Assembly (NCBI GenBank): GCA_003344405.1
Contig: NOWV01000003.1
Span: forward strand, 62,001-126,000
Origin: Trichoplax sp. H2
Taxonomy: Eukaryota
Direction: 5' to 3'
DNA length: 64,000 nt
The translations under genes and the position numbers were made by a program. The notes under the pieces are model-generated. The model was not told the DNA's origin, ran no database searches, and saw nothing but the letters and a program-made list of their open reading frames with translations. Numbering within the stretch: the first letter of the stretch is position 1; each line of letters opens with the position of its first letter. Positions 60,369-64,000 of the stretch are shown one piece after another.

Positions 60369-61697
60369 GATTTGGTCATAATTCTGCTTCTGACATTCTA
60401 TAGCTTAAATAGCTGCTAAATCTACAGTATGTTTAACTGGTTATAGCGTTTTTTTACCGTTTGAGTCACTTTATGTCTCAATGGTAACTGATCTTAGTGT
60501 GATCGATCTGTTAAATGTATGCTGTGCATTCATAATAGAATTAGAAATATACCATTAGAATCTTGTAATTTCGAAATAATTGCGGCGTGTATAGTGGCGA
60601 GGTTGCAATATGCGTACGTACAGTATTACAAACACAGAATTCAAAAGTTTTTTATGTAGCAACGTCAGAAGTTCGATAGAAATAAATAATATTTTGTGAT
60701 TGTCGAAGTTCTGAATTTATTAAGTGTCAAATGATGAGTTTATTTACTCTATTATAACCGTGATTGGCGACCGTAGACTGATGTAACGTGACTATGATCT
60801 GCCATCATAGCTCTGCAACCTCATCAGCAGCATATTTATCAAATCTCTAGAGATCGGTATCATCAATATCATATAGTAGGAAAAGTCGAAACTGTTGCCT
60901 ATCTTTCAACATTTGATAATGTAGTTACAGTACAGTACATTAGGTAACTAAATTTGACTCCTTACATGCATTAGTTTTATAATTGCCTCAGAATTTGCTA
61001 TTTTTAATTTGTAACAGCAGTCCTAAATGCTTTCAGCATTTCGATATGCATGTATAGCAGATCACCTTTACTAGTATTACAACCTACGTAAGATATTTTG
61101 TTGATACCTTTGTACATCGAAAAAATCCGTTTTTACAGTCTCCCTGGTCATATGACTAACTCAAGAAATTGATGTAATCATAGATAGTAATTTTAGGTTC
61201 GATTTATGGTTTCGATGAGATTGATAGTCACATCCACACAACATTATTTTATCCCGGTTTAAGTCGCATTACACTTTATAAAGTATTCCGTTAATCTATA
61301 ATCAAATTCATTCGGTGTAATGCTCATGCATCACCTATCATCTCCACTATTAGATGAAATTTACTTTTTATTCAAGGCTATTAAGGCATTACAGTATCTT
61401 GTAAGTGAAATACTAACTTTATCAATAAAGAAGCAAAAGATGCACAATCAAAGTACATGGTATTTAACGAATAGGCAAACTACCTACACAATTTTATCCT
61501 TAATGTACATCAGTTAAGCTAACAATTACTTTCAAATAATATCTAGATAAATGTTACGACGGATATATCTTTACTGATACAGTATTAACACGACCTTCAT
61601 GCAGTAGCATAAACAAGCAACACGGACATCGGAAATCGAAACATCAATTAAATTTCTCCCGCAGTCTGCATTATAGTATAATTACAACCAAATTGTT

Positions 61698-62438
<741 letters not shown>

Positions 62439-64000
62439 CTAACAAAGCAAATCACAATCATATTATGAGGGCTGTAGTTACGCTATAATTAAAAACCAAA
62501 AGCTACCTTAAATTGGGTACCATGTTTAAATAATTAAACGATAACGTTCCAGATTTGGAAAACTCAATAGCAATAGCACAATTTTGAGAAATGATTACAA
62601 AATACTTCCTTCTATCCTTGGATTACTACAAAAAAATGCCTCCTGCAATCCGTTACTTTGAGTTTACACAGTAGCAGAAACGTGTCTGGATTGTATTTTT
62701 ATTGCTTGCTTATGTAATGCTTCTCATGTATTTAGTGAAATAAAATCAAGGATTGAATATTCAGCAAACAGCTATTTGAATAAGTTTCAAATAATGATCC
62801 CCTTTCCCCATTGAATAAAGGCAAAGCAGTTTCTGTTAGATATCTTCAATAAGCATATTCCAGGAGTAATGCATACGTTGGCAGATCCGTGAATACACCA
62901 CTTAATAAACTAAGAATGCAAATCTTTTTGCAATAGATAGATACTGTAATGCAAAGCTACTACAGTACCATAGAACATCCTACTGTACTCTACATACTGT
63001 ATATCAGAAGAAGCAAATGAGGAGACAAGGAACTGATAAGACCTAGTACTTCACTTTATTTATTATTCTTTCATTTTTATGTTTCAAACGGAATTAGAAA
63101 GTCCAATATTGGGCTGCAATCGAAACACAGTTTAAACGTATAAAGAAATGCACAGAGCATTACATGGTACCGTATGTATCATATAGAAGTTCAATCCAAG
63201 AATTTTTCAGCTAATGAAAGTTTTCTTCAGAAGACTTATAAGATTTACTGCAATGCACTCCAGCTGCATAATATAATCATTTCACAAAATAGAGCTATTG
63301 AGTCCAATAAAACAAAATTCTTAGAACTGGAAGTCTTTATTATCATTTTCTAGCTCCAGTCAATCACGGTCCTTCGAAAGCTGACGATTAATAATTTTAT
63401 AAACAAGTTATCAACTTACTAAGATTGTTACAGACCAATGTTAAGACTGAGCCCACTATACGATAACGCTTACTAACAGTTTTTATGCCGCACTGAGCTT
63501 GCATTTTGGTTACAAATAGTATAGTTTATGTAGATAAAATAGTAGGCATGATTAAGTCAAAATGAAGAGTTGCACAATCTCCATAATTAATCTCATAGCA
63601 ACGGTGCAAATAAAATTTCACATTTAAATTGTAAGTAATAATTTATAAACTGCTAAAAACTACCAAGAAGCAAGATTCTGAGCAACTTCCATATACGCGT
63701 ACTACCGTCTTGATCTTAAAAGAGAAGTAATTAGCTCTGAAGCCGGTAACGGGAGAGAATATACCAATTCAAGATGTTTAGGTCTTTTATAATATTATTG
63801 TGGTGTGGACGCATTCAGTAACTAGTATTACGCAGCGAAAGCTATAACATCAGTAATGTTTTACATATCCTGTATGAAGCGCATTGTTAGATTTCGCATT
63901 CTAGCAGTGCTGTGATCGTTGATCTGTCTACTATCAACTTTCTGAACTCACCGATATCGTCACGTTATAAAAATTGTCATAGATCTTTAAAGTATAATTC

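Overview
AT-rich, gene-dense eukaryotic (animal) DNA with many short GT-AG introns of about 60-150 nt. The composition, intron style and gene content suggest an early-branching metazoan, most likely a placozoan (Trichoplax-like); this identity is an inference. Spliced genes reconstructed by eye, in order: SEC31 (5' part, -), CaMKII (+), eIF4E-BP (+), Erlin (-), OSTC/DC2 (+), FBXW7 (-), CNOT6/CCR4 (+), a small TGN38/KCT2-like type I membrane protein (-), a motor-less Myosin-IX-tail-like RhoGAP (+), RUVBL1 (+), a divergently transcribed pair of paralogous ~12-TM proteins (-/+), and UBE2D (3' part, -). Each 12-TM protein is built from three tandem MS4A/CD20-like tetraspan modules. Non-coding structure includes TACAG/CTGTA palindromic microsatellite fields concentrated at housekeeping-gene promoters, a ~670-bp diverged palindrome, two copies of a Helitron-like 3' end, and a 1.3-kb duplication around an assembly gap that probably represents two haplotypes. 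The most novel candidate system is the head-to-head triple-MS4A pair, one member of which has a C-terminal tail with three tandem RxRxxS-F motifs. No tRNA, rRNA or CRISPR array was recognised. Exon boundaries are hand-derived from splice signals and frame continuity.
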